Source: Basidiobolus meristosporus CBS 931.73 (lineage: Eukaryota > Fungi > Basidiobolomycota). From it: DNA of 64,000 nucleotides. The stretch covers positions 1-64,000 of the forward strand of contig MCFE01000033.1 in NCBI GenBank assembly GCA_002104905.1, read 5' to 3'. The translations under genes were made by a program, and so were the position numbers. Below the pieces are notes generated by a model that was not told the DNA's origin, ran no database searches, and saw only the letters and a list, made by a program, of their open reading frames with translations. Of the stretch, positions 25,596 through 39,025 are shown one piece after another (the stretch's first letter is position 1; each line of letters begins with the position of its first letter).

Positions 25596-27028
25596 ATGAC
25601 TAGTGGAACTGGTTCATCCCCTAATACCTCCGAGCTTCCTGACGTTGCTGCCCAGGCTGTGCTTGTCAAGTCCACTCAGATGCCTGAGGGCACTCTTACT
25701 ACAAAGGGATACGACTTCAACGAAGGTTTAGACTATTCCAAGCTACTCGACTCATACTTGAGAACAGGATTCCAAGCCACCAGTGTTGGCCAGGCCATCG
25801 ACGCAATTAACCAAATGGTACTTTTATCTCTTTGTTTGTTTTACGATATTTGCCACTGACTAGTATCTCAACAGAGAAACTGGCGACTATCCGACGATCC
25901 CGTCGCCGAGGATGAGCTCGACGAATTTAAAGATCCCGAAGTGCGTGCCAACACTCGCTGCAAGATTTTCCTTGGGTACACTTCCAATTTAATCTCCTCT
26001 GGACTGCGCGAAACACTTCGTTTCTTGGCCGAGCACAAGATGGTAAGGCAGCATCGTGAACGGATGGGCTCCGAGTTGAGGTATTAATTGGTGCGTTGGA
26101 TCTCTAGGTCGATGTTATCGTCTCAACTGCTGGTGGTATTGAGGAAGACTTCATCAAATGTCTGGGCTCCACCTACCTTGGAGCGTTTAGTACCCCCGGA
26201 AAAAGCCTACGCCAGCAAGGCTTGAACCGTATTGGAAATCTAGTCGTCCCCAACGACAACTATTGTAAGTTCGAGGATTGGTTGATGCCCATCTTGGATA
26301 AGATGCTAGAGGAGCAAAAAGAACAGGTATGCGTTGCTTGGGCATGTCATGCGATCAGGCGTTTGTTAACGCAATTCCTGTTAGGGTGTTGTATGGACTC
26401 CCTCCAAAATCATTCATCGTCTTGGTAAAGAAATCAACAACCCCGAGTCCGTGTATTATTGGGCATACAAGGTATTTCCTGAGCTCCTCTTTCCACCAAT
26501 TGCCTATACCCGTGCTAACCTATCTCCGCTACACAATAGAATGATATTCCTGTTTATTGTCCAGCTCTGACCGATGGCTCCCTCGGTGACATGATCTACT
26601 TCCACTCTTACCGCAACCCTGGCCTTATCGTAGATATTGCTGGGGATATCCGCTCCATCAACAGCCAGGCAGTCTTCGCCAAGAAAACCGGAGCCATTAT
26701 TTTGGGTGGCGGCCTCGTGAAGCATCACATTTGTAATGCTAACCTGATGGTATGTGTTCTTTCAAGCCATGCATAGGTCCACCGCAGCAACTAACGAGCC
26801 TGCGACTTTTAGCGAAATGGCGCTGATTATGCTGTTTTTATCAATACCGGTCAAGAGTTCGATGGCAGTGATGCTGGTGCTCGCCCGGATGAAGCGGTAT
26901 CTTGGGGCAAGATCCGAATCAACGCGAGCCCCGTCAAGGTATATTGTGATGCTACCGTGGCCTTCCCATTGATTGTTGCCCAGACCTTCGCCAAAGGCTA
27001 CCACGCGGGAGAATACGCCAAACACTAA
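25596..27028 (+). CDS. DYS1: Deoxyhypusine synthase
   Basis: [60 protein letters not shown] and [18 protein letters not shown]. Confidence 0.97.
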
Positions 27029-27439
27029 TGCCTGCCCGCTATGTAAAGTTGAATGATCATAGAATTTTGAGATTTTGTAGTATTGTTAGTAGTCAATAAA
27101 TTAGACAGGCTTCATGAGAACGTGCTTAACCTATCGTCATGAATTCTACGCGGAGTTCATAAAATAAACCTCGATTTGTGACCTATTGAAAATACCCCAT
27201 TGCCATTGCTCGGGATCCGAGGATTTAAGGATTCGAAACTATGGATTAAGTTACAGGCGCATTTGACCTAAAGTATCCCTGAGAATCGAGAATTAGGTCT
27301 CTCAATCATATTGATCCACTTCGAATTCATCTTTATTGAGCGTAGACCCTTCAGTAAACCCTGTTGAAAACCAACATTCCTCGTTCCGTTCTTGAGTCTT
27401 TCCTTTCCTTTCACCAGTGTATTAGGAGCTGTACAGAAT

Positions 27440-30400
27440 ATGGCTTACGTGAACGTCTGTAGAGCGATTTATGACTACACAGCTCAAGATGATGAAGAGC
27501 TGTCCTTTCAAGAAAACGATGTTTTGTATATCAAAGACACTTCCGATCCTGAGTGGTGGGTAGCTCAAGAGAAAACTTCAGTTACCGAGGACGAAGGCAG
27601 AAAGGGGTTGATTCCTAGTACTTACGTGGAAGAGGTACATTTTTCCACTTCGTTTATTTTCCTTCATGGCGAGCATCAGGGGTTGGATTTCCTGAGAACG
27701 GTGCTTTCTCGAAAGAATTCCCTCTAAACACCATATATTAGCGTGTTGTTGATCTCTCTTGTTATATTTAGCTCCCATACATAGAGGTAGTGAAGAGTAT
27801 GTACGATTATGAGGCAAGAACAGAAGAAGAGTTGTCTTTCGGGGAGAACGAAATAATGTATGTATTCGAGAACGACGATCCAGACTGGGCCTTGGTCAAA
27901 TTGGGAGACAAGTTCGGCTTTGTACCCTCTACCTACCTTGAACCGGTACGTGTTTTCATTTCTTCGGGCCCAAGTTCCATATACATATGGATATATTGCC
28001 AATTGTTACTCGTTCATCTTGTGACTCATTAAACCTGCCCTGCTGAATTTGTAGACAGAAGAAGGTGACAGTCAACCACAAGTGTCAGAGGAGGTACCGC
28101 AAAACCATATTGAGGTATGTCGTGACAAGCGTTACGATTTAACTCCTGGTTCAATCTAAAGGTGATTTATAGACTTCAGCTCAGAGCGTGTCACCGGTAC
28201 CGGTACCAGTCCCGCAACCGCCTGCAGTAGTAGCCTCAGAGCCAGCGAGACCATCTTCCTTGGCAATAGCCGAGGACATGGAGTACTGGTCCGTTTCGGT
28301 ATAGTTGCTTTTCCATGGCTGATTGTTGTTTCACCCTCAGGTCTAAACTCTCAATTACCAGGAAGTGGATAAGAAGAAAAAGAAAAAGAAGGGAAAGCTC
28401 GGGATTAGCTCACAGGCGATCTTCTTCTTTAGTGAAACGGACAAAGTAACAAGCGTCTAAAATAGTGACTTTATTATCAGTTTTTTAATACCCATTGGTC
28501 ATACAGACGCCGGTGCGCAAATGGTCCTTTAATGACTTGCGTGATTTCTCTACCAAAGCTAAGCATGTGTATGTCGAGTTTGGTGGCAGCGATGCTGCTT
28601 CCTTTGATTTCCATGCTGGAGCCAAATCAGAGGCTGAGAAGATCTTCAAGAAATTAACAGACTGCAAGACGAAATTCTTTAGCGCGCCTAAAGAGGCTAC
28701 GCCGCCTCAGATACCTGTACCACCCCCAACCTCTGGTCCCATAATACAAGATACGCCAGCAGTACAACCTGTTTCGGTCCCCGAGCCTCAAGTTGATGAA
28801 GCTCAATATGATGAGCAAGAACCAGCACAACCAGACGCAATGTATGAACTTCCCGAGCCCAAGTTAGCAATCGCACTGTACGACTTTGAGCCGGAGAATG
28901 ATGATGAGCTAGAGCTACGCGCAGACGAGCAGGTCTGGATCGTGGATGATTTTAGTAGTGATGAATGGTGGAGATGCAAAATCGTTGACGAGCATGGTAA
29001 CGAAAGAGAGGGTGTTGTTCCAGCCTCATATTTACAACTTGAGGGCGTTGACGACGGTTATCAATATGACGACCAACAATACGATGACCAACAATATCAA
29101 TACGACCAACAAGCTCAGTACGATCAGCAGGCCGATGAAGATTTGGACGACAAACCCCCTCTTCCTCCGATGCCCAGTCAGAAAGATATTCCACCTCCGC
29201 TCCCACCCATGCCAACTCAAAAGTATGCTGAGGAGGATGTGCCACCTCCACTCCCACCCATGCCAAATCAACGTTACGCTGAAGATGATGCCCCACCTCC
29301 ACTTCCTCCTCTGCCACAGAGAGCTACAGACGAGGATGTTCCACCTCCTCTGCCACCTCTGCCAAGAGCTGGCACGGCAACTCAGCCCGCAGCCCCACCT
29401 CTACCCCCCAAGAATAAGAGTATCGACCCTGAAACAAAGCCTCTGCCCGAAATGCCACCACCATTAGCTGCTCGACCATCGATGAAGTCCAGAAAATCGA
29501 CCGACGATATTCCACTGCAAATGATCGTGAACGCAAACCAGAACCCGCCATCAAAACCGCGTAGCCAAGCCGTTTCCAAGCCTGCTTCGTCTAAGATACG
29601 TGTATGGGCGGACCGAAGCGGCTCATTCAAGGTCGAAGCTGAATTCTTAGGATTGAAGGATGGAAAAATCCACCTGCACAAACTTAACGGAGTGAAGATC
29701 GCCGTACCAGTTGAGAAGATGAGTGTGGATGATTTGTACTACATTGAGGAGATTACCGGCCTCGAGATCCCTACTTCTGCTTACGAAGGAAAGACCGGCG
29801 TGCCAAAGAAGGCGTCTTCCAGTCAGTCTTCATTTGACTGGCGCGAGTTCTTTATCAATGCTGGCGTTGCCCCCAACGCGGCATCGAGATACAGTTCAAC
29901 TTTCATAGCGGAGAGGATCGATCAAACGATTTTCTCTGATCTGAGCCGGGACATATTGAAGGATCTTCATGTTGCCGAAGGGGATATTATTCGCATCCTC
30001 AAGGCTACAAAGAATGCCGAATCCAGTCCCGCCCCTAGACTGAAGCCTAAGAGAAGTGTTAGCTTTGGAGATACCAAGGTTATTCCCCATCCTGAGACCG
30101 ATCATGACGAGGAACTAGCCCGAAAGATCCAGGTACGTTGCGTGTGTTTACCTTGTTATATTTGGAAAGGTACTCATGATGATTGCCGCGTTTGAAACAG
30201 GAAGAGGAGGTACACAATCTACGTGACGGATCTAACCGCGCTCTTAACAAGCAGCAGATAGAGAAAGATGAGCAGCTGGCTCGAGAGCTTCAGGCCAAAG
30301 AAAACGCAGCTGCCAGATCCTTCAATCAGCCAGTTGGTCTCAGTCTCTCCGGGTCATCTGGCGCGAAGTTGACCAGAAAAGGTACGTGTTCCCTACACTA

Positions 30401-32652
30401 GAGTCCTTGCACTCTGATTCCAAGCTAATTCACGGCTGATCAGGCACTCGTCCTACCCCACAAAAATCTGCTCCCTCTTCCATCACCTCAGAGAGTATAG
30501 CTACTGCGCAGGAAAAATTGAAGAGTGCCAACACTGCTCAAGGTTTCGATGATGACGCCTGGGGTCCTAATGGATCGATTATTGATCCCAAGTCAGTGCA
30601 GAAGGAACCCTCAAAATTGGTCGCTCAACCTGTTATAAGCAGTACACCCATTACTTCATCAGCACCTAAAAACAATGAGGTTACCTCTAGCCCCGCGCCC
30701 AAGTCTACTCCCAACGATTTCTCATCAGTATGGGGTTCCACTTCTAACTCAACTCAGGTAGTCGAGTCGCCTCTTCAACAGGCTAAACCAATCATTGCGC
30801 CCCAACCAGTTATTCAGCAGAGCAACTTCCAGGCATCTCCTCAACCGGTTATCTCTCAGAACAATTACCAAGCGCCTCCACAGCCTGTCCTTCAAAATAA
30901 CTATCAACAATCCCCTCAACCAGTTATATCTCAGAATTTCCAGCAGTCACCCCAGCCTGTTATTTCTCCGAGCAACATTCAGCAGCCACCTCAACCATTG
31001 CCACAACAAGTGTTCAAGCCTGTTAATGTTCAAGCGAGCCTTCCTCCTCCTCTAGTCCCAACACCCAACAACAACTCACTTCCCCGGACCTTTGTTCCCA
31101 CTCGCGCCCCGGACAATCCATTCGGTAACTCAGCTGCTATCTCTAAGCCACCTCCAAGACCATCAGTTGAGGCCAAAGGTTCTTCGATCTTCCCTCCACC
31201 AGCCAACAACTTCAGATCCAACATGGGAGCTAATCAACTGCAAAATGGTCCAAGCGGTAGTATCTTCCCTAAACCTGCATCTCAACAACCTGGTGGGTCC
31301 TCAATCTTCCCGAAGCCTGCCCCTCAACAACCTGGTGGGTCCTCAATCTTCCCAAAGCCTGGACCTCAGCAATCTTCCATATTCCCCAAACCTGCTCCTC
31401 AGCAACCTGGTGGCTCATCGATATTCCCCAAGCCTGTGACCTCTCAGCAATCTGCAAGTCCTGCTCAAAGCATATTTCCGAAACCTGCTTCCAACATGCA
31501 ATCCAACACTTTATTGCCCAATACCTTCACTACTCCTCTCACTCCTCAACCAGCCAACCAATCGTCCCAGAATATTTTCCCCAAGTCTGTTGGTAATTCG
31601 GGCTTCTCTCAACCACTGAGTCCTCAGCAGAACCAAAGTATTTTCCCTAAAACGGGAAGCACATCTGGAATATTTAATAACAGTCCCCAATCGAACAATG
31701 CTGGAGCAGGTATCTTCCCCAAGTCCATCACACCAACCGCCAACGCAAACTCTCCCCAAAGCCTCTTCCCGAAACCCAGCAACCAGTCTAGCCAGAGCGT
31801 TGCTCCCCAAAACATGTTCCCTAAAGCTGGAAACCAGGTTCAAAACGCCACCCAAAGTATGTTCCCTCGACCATCGTCGAACATGTTACAGCCGGTAAAC
31901 AACAACATGAACACGGCTTCCCCAATGTTCCAAAACAACAACTCCATGTTCAACGGCGGAAATATGGGCAACCAAACACAGATGAATCGACCATCTCAAT
32001 TCACACCATCCCCCATGTCCTCGAATTCTGGAACTTTCTCTTCTCCAGCAGGAGGAATGACGAATTCAATGCAAATGCAACAATCATCGTTCGCCATGAA
32101 TAGATCTGCCAACTTTGCTACCTCAAACAACATGGGAAGCAACTCAGGAACTCCACAAACTGGTTTCGGCAACCAACTCGCTATTATGGGACCTACATCT
32201 TCTAATGTATACGGAGGTGGGCGATGTTTAGCCGATACTCGCATTTTACCGTTTAGGATCTAAATTTTACTTGTTCTTCAATAGGCTCCGCTTCCAACGA
32301 CAAATATGCTGCGTTCTCGCAGATCAACGCCAATTCACCTAGTGTGTTTAATTCATCTCAACGTAAGTGTGATCCTTCATTCTTCCCGCTGCCCAACACA
32401 TCTCATTGACCCTGATCTGCCCCAGATATGACCCAGCAACAATTCCACCAGCAAACTTTCACCCAGACCAGCTATCAACAACAAAATGTGTTCATGTCCC
32501 AGCAACAAGGCCAATTCTCCAGCTTTTCAAACAACAACATGCAGGGCAACATGGGCAATGGCGGAATGAATGGCGCCCCAAACGCAGGTAACAACTTCTT
32601 CCCCGGTGCAAACCAACAGAACCCCAACATGAATAGAAACAACTTCTATTAG
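27440..32652 (+). CDS. SLA1: Sla1 endocytic adaptor (3 SH3, SHD1, SHD2/SAM, low-complexity tail)
   Basis: SH3s (AIYDYTAQDDEELSF; MYDYEARTEEELSF; ALYDFEPENDDEL), SHD1 RVWADRSGSFKVEAEFLG..KIHLHKLNGVKIAVP, SHD2 FDWREFFINAG, plus GFDDDAW. Confidence 0.92.
29150..29410 (+). repeat. Imperfect coding repeat D-x-P-P-P-L-P-P-[ML]-P (about 5 copies) within SLA1
   Basis: DKPPLPPMP, DIPPPLPPMP, DVPPPLPPMP, DAPPPLPPLP, DVPPPLPPLP. Confidence 0.85.
31181..31875 (+). repeat. Coding repeat [SN]-[ILM]-F-P-[KRP] (about 13 copies) in the SLA1 tail
   Basis: SIFPPP, SIFPKP x6, NIFPKS, SIFPKT, GIFPKS, SLFPKP, NMFPKA, SMFPRP; DNA-level repeats CAACAACCTGGTGGGTCCTCAATCTTCCC. Confidence 0.85.
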
Positions 32653-33095
32653 AATGATATCTGAATGTACGAATTCTCCTCGTTTGTGATGAAATTTCTT
32701 TATAAAACTGTATTATTGAAGCAACCGGTTTTCTCGATCCGTATTAACCAAGCAAAGTGGTTGGAGGCAGCCGGCTGTTTTCTGAAGTAGATCCATTGCT
32801 CTACATACTGCCATTAGGGAATCGGCAAAGGTTGACTCTGAGGAAGGTTTATTGAGGTGGATTGATCCGGTTCAGGCACTATGGCTGACCAAGAACACGA
32901 ATTCACAGAGCCATATTGATAGGGAATAGATAGGCATACTACAATATTTGATACTTGCTCTAGAAATGGGGGAGGGGTTCGTATACGTATCGGAAAATCC
33001 GGTATAGAACAGTTTAGGTATTTAGAGGTGGGTCAGATTCTAATAAACTGGAGGATTCTTGCTAGAAAGAACCAGCCGTTGTAATGGAGAACAAG

Positions 33096-33971
33096 TTAGA
33101 AGTTCTTCTTCTTCTCATCCACTGAGATCCCGCCCGGGCCCAAGCTTATCAGCAGCATGAAACCCCCCATGATACTAAGGGTCTGGAAGAAGTCGTACTT
33201 GACGAAATCCCGGCTGGGATGGGCGTGGTGGATGGTCCACCAATTGTTGATGATCACGTTGAAAATGGAGAGGAAGAGAACCAGGAACATGGCAGACCAT
33301 TTGGCCTTGAAACCGACAACCACCATGGTGCAAGCGACAAATCCGATGATGGAGAAAACGAGGCGAGTGGCGTTCATCTCTCCGGCGAAGACCAGGGAGA
33401 GGAACAGGAAGATGAGCAATATACGTCCGGCCAGCTGGAAGTAGGTCGACTTGTCGATGGTGGCGACAGTTGGGAGCCCAGCGAACACATTCTTTTTCTT
33501 GGCTAGGGCATCAGCCAGCAACATCAGGAGTCCACCAACCACGGACAGATTGTGCAAAAAGAAACGTAGGTCAAAGATCAGCCCATATCCAATTGTCTGG
33601 GACACAACAACCGCAAAGAGTCCAAGAATCGCGTGCTCGGTGTACTTCTTGGCGATGGCCATCGTGGACCCAGTCATCATTACCTAGAAAGGGTTGAAAT
33701 CAATGCCCGGTCAAAAACCACCCATGATCACCGTGCCGCTTACCAAAACGTTCAACGCCAAGAAGAGCTGACTGAATCCGGAGTAGAAGCCTTGGTACTT
33801 TTCCAGATAACGAACCTGGTCTGTCCATTGAACCACAATACGAAACGAATCTTCAAAGAAAGTGACCACTAGTAGGAAGCGAGCAATCGCTGGGATATAT
33901 GGTTTGATTGGGTAACTGACTTTAGCCAGAGTATCTTCCATACGTGAAGAGAACGATCTAACAAACTCCAT
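33096..33971 (-). CDS. ERV29: SURF4/Erv29 ER cargo receptor, 2 exons
   Basis: KPYIPAIARFLLVVTFFEDSFRI, YDFFQTLSIMGGF, GPGGISVDEKKKNF (KKxx ER-retrieval end). Confidence 0.95.
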
Positions 33972-34533
33972 GATGATCTTGAAGCAGAGTACTGAAGATG
34001 TGTTGTGGATAGGTTGTAATTCTCTCAGCTGCCATGGGGCTCGCTTTTATACTGAGGGAATTGTTAGCTTGCGAGGTGGGATGAACGTGTGCAGGATCAG
34101 GAGAAGCATCCGAATGTTTGGAAGGGAAATACTACGATCAAGTTTGTGGAGATCAACCATTGTATTGGCAATCTATTGCAAAGCGTGTATGCGTGTACGA
34201 AAAATGCCATTCTCATGCGAGATTCAAACTCAATCAACAAACGCTTCGAAGTCTCCTGTCAGCACGTGTCCACAAGGTGGTGTACTTGTGCTGTTTCAAA
34301 TGGTGTACACTGGAATTCCTTACTTTGCGGCCAATCAGCTTGCTAGTAAGGAAATTGATTTATGGGTGCCGTGACTGGCAAAAATGGGTGGATACATCGA
34401 TTTTTCAGGTCACTGATGAACATTAACATGCCAACTGCCAAAATCGGTCAATAATCCATATTTTGTACAAACTGCAAAGTCCAATATTACTCAATAGGCC
34501 TTGGCCTGCGTGGCTTGCCAGAGAAGAAGTGCT

Positions 34534-36410
34534 TTAGTATTCACTGAACTGACTAAAATGGGAGGGATACCCTGCGGAAGAACGCTTTGGCCTAGTCTGT
34601 CTAAATCCAAATCCACCGTGATAGGCATACTGACGGGCGAACATCTGGGCCCACATATCGTTCATGTCGGCACCAGCAAATCCACCGCCCATATCCATGT
34701 CATCGAAGTTTGCTCCAGAATCATACTGTCGGCGCTTCGTGGGATCCGAAAGAATAGAATAGGCCTCGCTGACCTCTTTGAACTTAATCTCAGCCTGCTC
34801 GTCCCCAGCATTCTTGTCAGGGTGGTGCTGTAGAGCTAGCTTACGATAAGCTTTTCTGATTTCAACATCGCTTGCCCCCTTGCCTATGCCCAAGACCTTA
34901 TAGTGGTCCCTACGCTGCGACTTCTTCAACTCCAGCTCAGCATTCTGAAGCTCCCTGTGGACGTCTCGATTACTCGGATCGATTTCCAAAGCATTGCGAA
35001 GATCCTCCATCGCCATGTCGAACATCTCTCGCTTAATGTAGCTGTTGGCTCGACGCCTGTAAGCCTTTACGTAATTGGGGTCAAGATTGAGTGCAGAATT
35101 GCAATCTTCGATTGCTTGCTCATGCTTGTTCATCTGAGTTAGAGAAGATGAGTAAGAGCCTACGTATAACAAGGTGACCGTGTGTCAGACCATTGCTAAG
35201 GCGATTGCCCTGTTGTTGTGGATCCTGGAATTGGTTAGACTGTTCTCTGGATCGATCTCCAGGGCGGCTGTATACAAATCATAAGCCTCCTGATACTTTC
35301 CAGCTCGACATGCGTCATTGCCGGCACTTTTCTTACTGTCGACGTCTTTGATGGTCTACAACATGCCTGATCAGTCAAACTCTAGTCACACCACAAAACC
35401 ATTACCTTTAACAGGTTTCTCGCTTTTGAGTGGTCAGGGTCACACCGCAAAGCCTCTGTGCAATGAGCTAGTGCTTTAGAATGCTCACTCTCTCTGAACA
35501 AAACCATGGCCTTCAGGTACAACGCGTCAGGGTTGGTTGGATCGATACGCAGCGCCTCACTATATCGCGGAGAGTTAGGCGTAGTGCGAATTGACTACGA
35601 GCCAGGAACAACACACCTTGCGATCCTGGTGGCGTCATCTAGCCTCTTCATGGCGCACAGAATGTTGCCTCGAAGCAACTTCCATTTAGTCGGAGCGCAG
35701 ATGCCGTCTACACTAGGCTCCACGGTCGCTATGAGTTTGGAGACACAGGCAAGTGCCTGACTATAATTCTTCATATCAAAGGAACTATTTGTCTGATCAA
35801 GTAATGTCTTGTAATTGTCCAGATTACTCAGCTCTTTGCGAGTTTGCGCATTCGAGGGGTCTTTCTGGAGAAGTAATTCGCATTGACGAACAGCCTCGGA
35901 TAAACTCCCCAAGGCCAAATAACACCTAGCCAGTCGAAAATAGCCCTTTTTTGTCGAGTCAGAGGTCAGAACCTGAAGCCGAGTTAGCAGCAACCAACAC
36001 AACAAGTTACCTTTAGGAAACCATCATCGATGCTCAAATGCCCTATGACAATCCACAATAGCCCCTCTATACAGACCGAGCATCATGAAAGCAGCTGCTC
36101 TGTTGCCGTGGTATACAGCCCTTGACTCCATTTCTATTTGAGAGTAGAAAATAGACCCTTTGGTCAATTGCTTCTAAGAGACCGATGTCGCAACACTGGT
36201 CACATAAAAATGGAGGCCTTGCACCAACCAATTGCCTTTGTATATAGAGCAATAGCCACTTTATAATCGCCGAGATAGAACTCCTCGTTTGCATATTCTT
36301 TTATTTCTTCAGCAGTACTAGGATTGCACCAAGTATTAGCAAGTCACAGTAGGCTCTAGTCGACCGACATAGGAACTTGGCCATATGACTTACCAATCTC
36401 TTTTGACCAT
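34534..36410 (-). CDS. DNAJC7: TPR + J-domain co-chaperone (DNAJC7/Tpr2-like), apparent +1 frameshift at ~36037
   Basis: Start MVKRD(C)[10 protein letters not shown], several TPRs ([32 protein letters not shown]), J domain DHYKVLG...HPDKN. Confidence 0.88.
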
Positions 36411-37231
36411 TGCAGAAAGCTTATGCTAACAGGTAATAAACAACGAACGGAGCGTCACAAGAAGTGCCATTGAATGCCAGAGGCTCTCGTCATCACTGCA
36501 TTCAGAAGATGAAACAAATTAGCATAAGCCTCACTATTTGACCAATATCATCTACATGGTTTGACGATAAATATCCACCTATTTAACCAATATCGCGACG
36601 AATTCTTCTGGCTTGAGGAAATCTAGATAGTTACCCAGCATAACCCAGTAATTTCAGCAACCGGGTTACTCAAGACAGAAGTAATTTCTGGATCCTGTGT
36701 GTTCGGGGATGACCATAAACAACACTATCCCTGAAGAAATCAGAATTCAATTTGTCATACATTTGTGGCACTCCTAATTAATACAGTACAACTACCTCCG
36801 CTGCTTCGACCTTTCGAAATGCAACATTACAATGATACAAACGCTAATCCAAAAGCGATAGCCATTTCCACCAAAGTGATAGCAGCACTCACCCCCTCAC
36901 TCCCCAGAGAACTGGGCATGAACAGGTTTCTCCCGGTGCCAAGTAGTTGCGTATAGCTCAGGGTACTTTATGTCCATTGGCAATGCATTAATCGTCAATA
37001 TCTAGTGATGTATATTAAGCCATAGCCTTTTCAGGAGAAATTCTAAAATAATCTTAGACCGGTGATACATGCACTTGGTTAATTTCTCTATCATATAGAC
37101 AACTTTCAGGTCCCAATATAGGTCAATGGGTGTGGTGGTACATCTGGGCCCATCGTACTTATAAGCCAAATGCACCACGTAGATGTAGTCATCATTCTTC
37201 TCTTTTCTTCTTTCAATACACTGGTTGTATA

Positions 37232-38784
37232 ATGGGATACTCTGAAAAAGATTCAGATGGAGCTCTTCCTTTGATCAAGAAGTTCAAGAGCAAGTCTTTG
37301 GCACCACGTATCACTACACAACACTTACTTTCCTATTCCACTCCCAACTCAGCAACCACACTCTCTCCCTCCACACCCTTCCCTGGCACCCCTAGAGTTT
37401 CTCGACGATGTACTCGACTGTTCGTGCTATTTTCTCTTCTTCTCACAGTCCTTGCCCTGGCTGCGTTGACCAGTAGTACATTCCCAAGCGATTTTCAAAC
37501 CACAGTGTCTACTCCTGACGTGTACTTGACAGAGGCGATGGAGCCGGAGCCGGAAATACATCCACCTTTCGAGTGTGGGGAAGATCTTGGAATCCCTTGT
37601 AAATTCATATTCCCCACATTCATTGCTGAGCAAGAATCTAAAGGGATTCAACACTTTTGGCAACTGGCAATGCTTGCCAAGCAACTCAACCGCACCATGG
37701 TTCTCCCTAACACCTTCACCTCTCGTATGTCAACCTGCTACCAATACCCATTCTCTCACTACTTTTCCGTTGAGACCCTGAAGGCCGCTGACGTCCCTTT
37801 TGTGTACATGTCTGACTTCTACGATTGGGTAGGTAGACAAGGGGATGTTCCCGCGCAGCCGGTGCTATTTCAGGGAAGGGCTGACCTACACTCGACCTGG
37901 TCGAAGAGAAAGTACGTCAAGACTTCATGCCTGGGAAATTGGCAATTTAATCTGGATGAATATGAGCGCTTAGTTCTCAGTCCAGATAAGGGGTATTGGA
38001 GGACTCCTGAGAGTCGAGCCAATACCAACAAGTACATCGTTGATAGCCTGACGAATAGCGTCAATGCCGAGGGTGAGACGCCAACCGTGTATCTCGTGGA
38101 ATACAGATTCTTGTATCGGTTTATCGAGGTTGAGAGAACATCGGCCCCTCTGAACTACCATCCGTATATCCAGAAGAAGGTGGACAATGTGGTCGCATCT
38201 CTCGGTCCCTTCATTGCTGTTCATTGGCGTAAGTGTTGGGCAATTGCTACATGTACCCGTGGGGCATGTATTAACCCATTTCTCGCATTTCTTTAGGCAT
38301 GGAGACTGTCACCCCATACCAGAATCTTCCACGTTGCGCGGAAAACTTGATAAGATCCCTGAAGAGAATATCGGAAGCGGAAAACATCAAAACCATCTAT
38401 TTGGCGACTGATTATCCCCTGGAGGACCTTTACCCTCACTCTGGCAGCTGGGATCTAGAAGAGCTAACTGACTATCATCATAACGCTATCCGAATCATGA
38501 AATCCAATGTCCAGCTGGAATCCTGGATTTCTCTGGAGCAGGGGCGCCACGTCAACGACACCCTCTCCATAACCACGGAGCAGGATTTCGATCCAGGGCT
38601 GTTGGGAATCTTCGACAAAATGATGTGCACGCGTGCCAGCTATTTCCTTGCTGGCCCTCCGGAATGCTCCAGAGCCAGCTCGTTTACTGCTCAGATTGCC
38701 AACACTCGTGAACAACTACAAAGCAACGGTCTTGACAAGGTTGCTCTGGAGTATCGGAATATCATGGATCGCTGGTCTTTCTGA
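37232..38784 (+). CDS. Type II membrane GDP-fucose O-fucosyltransferase-like glycosyltransferase, 2 exons
   Basis: N-terminal cytosolic tail and one TM helix (LFVLFSLLLTVLALAAL), EQESKG..H..QLAMLAKQLNRTMVLP, FIAVHW|RME across the 38229-38297 intron, IYLATDYP, GIFDK. Confidence 0.75.
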
Positions 38785-39025
38785 ACTGCCACTTTTCCAC
38801 TCTAAATACTTCAATTTCCCTTTGCTCACTGTATAGTAGTCTGTTCATCATAAACAAAACCTAAAGGATACATAGTTCGTCGAATATACTAGTAATAAAT
38901 AATCTTCATGTAGTGACTATCTTTATGGACCTCAAGATCGATACTTCGCCAGAAAGCGGCATTAACAAAGTGATGGACGAGGGGAATATGCGAGCTGGAC
39001 AGAAATAAAGTGCAAGACATGGATT

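Noticed and set aside
33970-34426. Three overlapping plus-strand ORFs upstream of ERV29
   Set aside because: No recognisable domains or splice structure; likely promoter/UTR sequence.
36020-36035. In-frame TGA in DNAJC7 as possible selenocysteine or readthrough
   Set aside because: The TGA arises only in the shifted frame after the extra base; readthrough would not restore the downstream exon phase.
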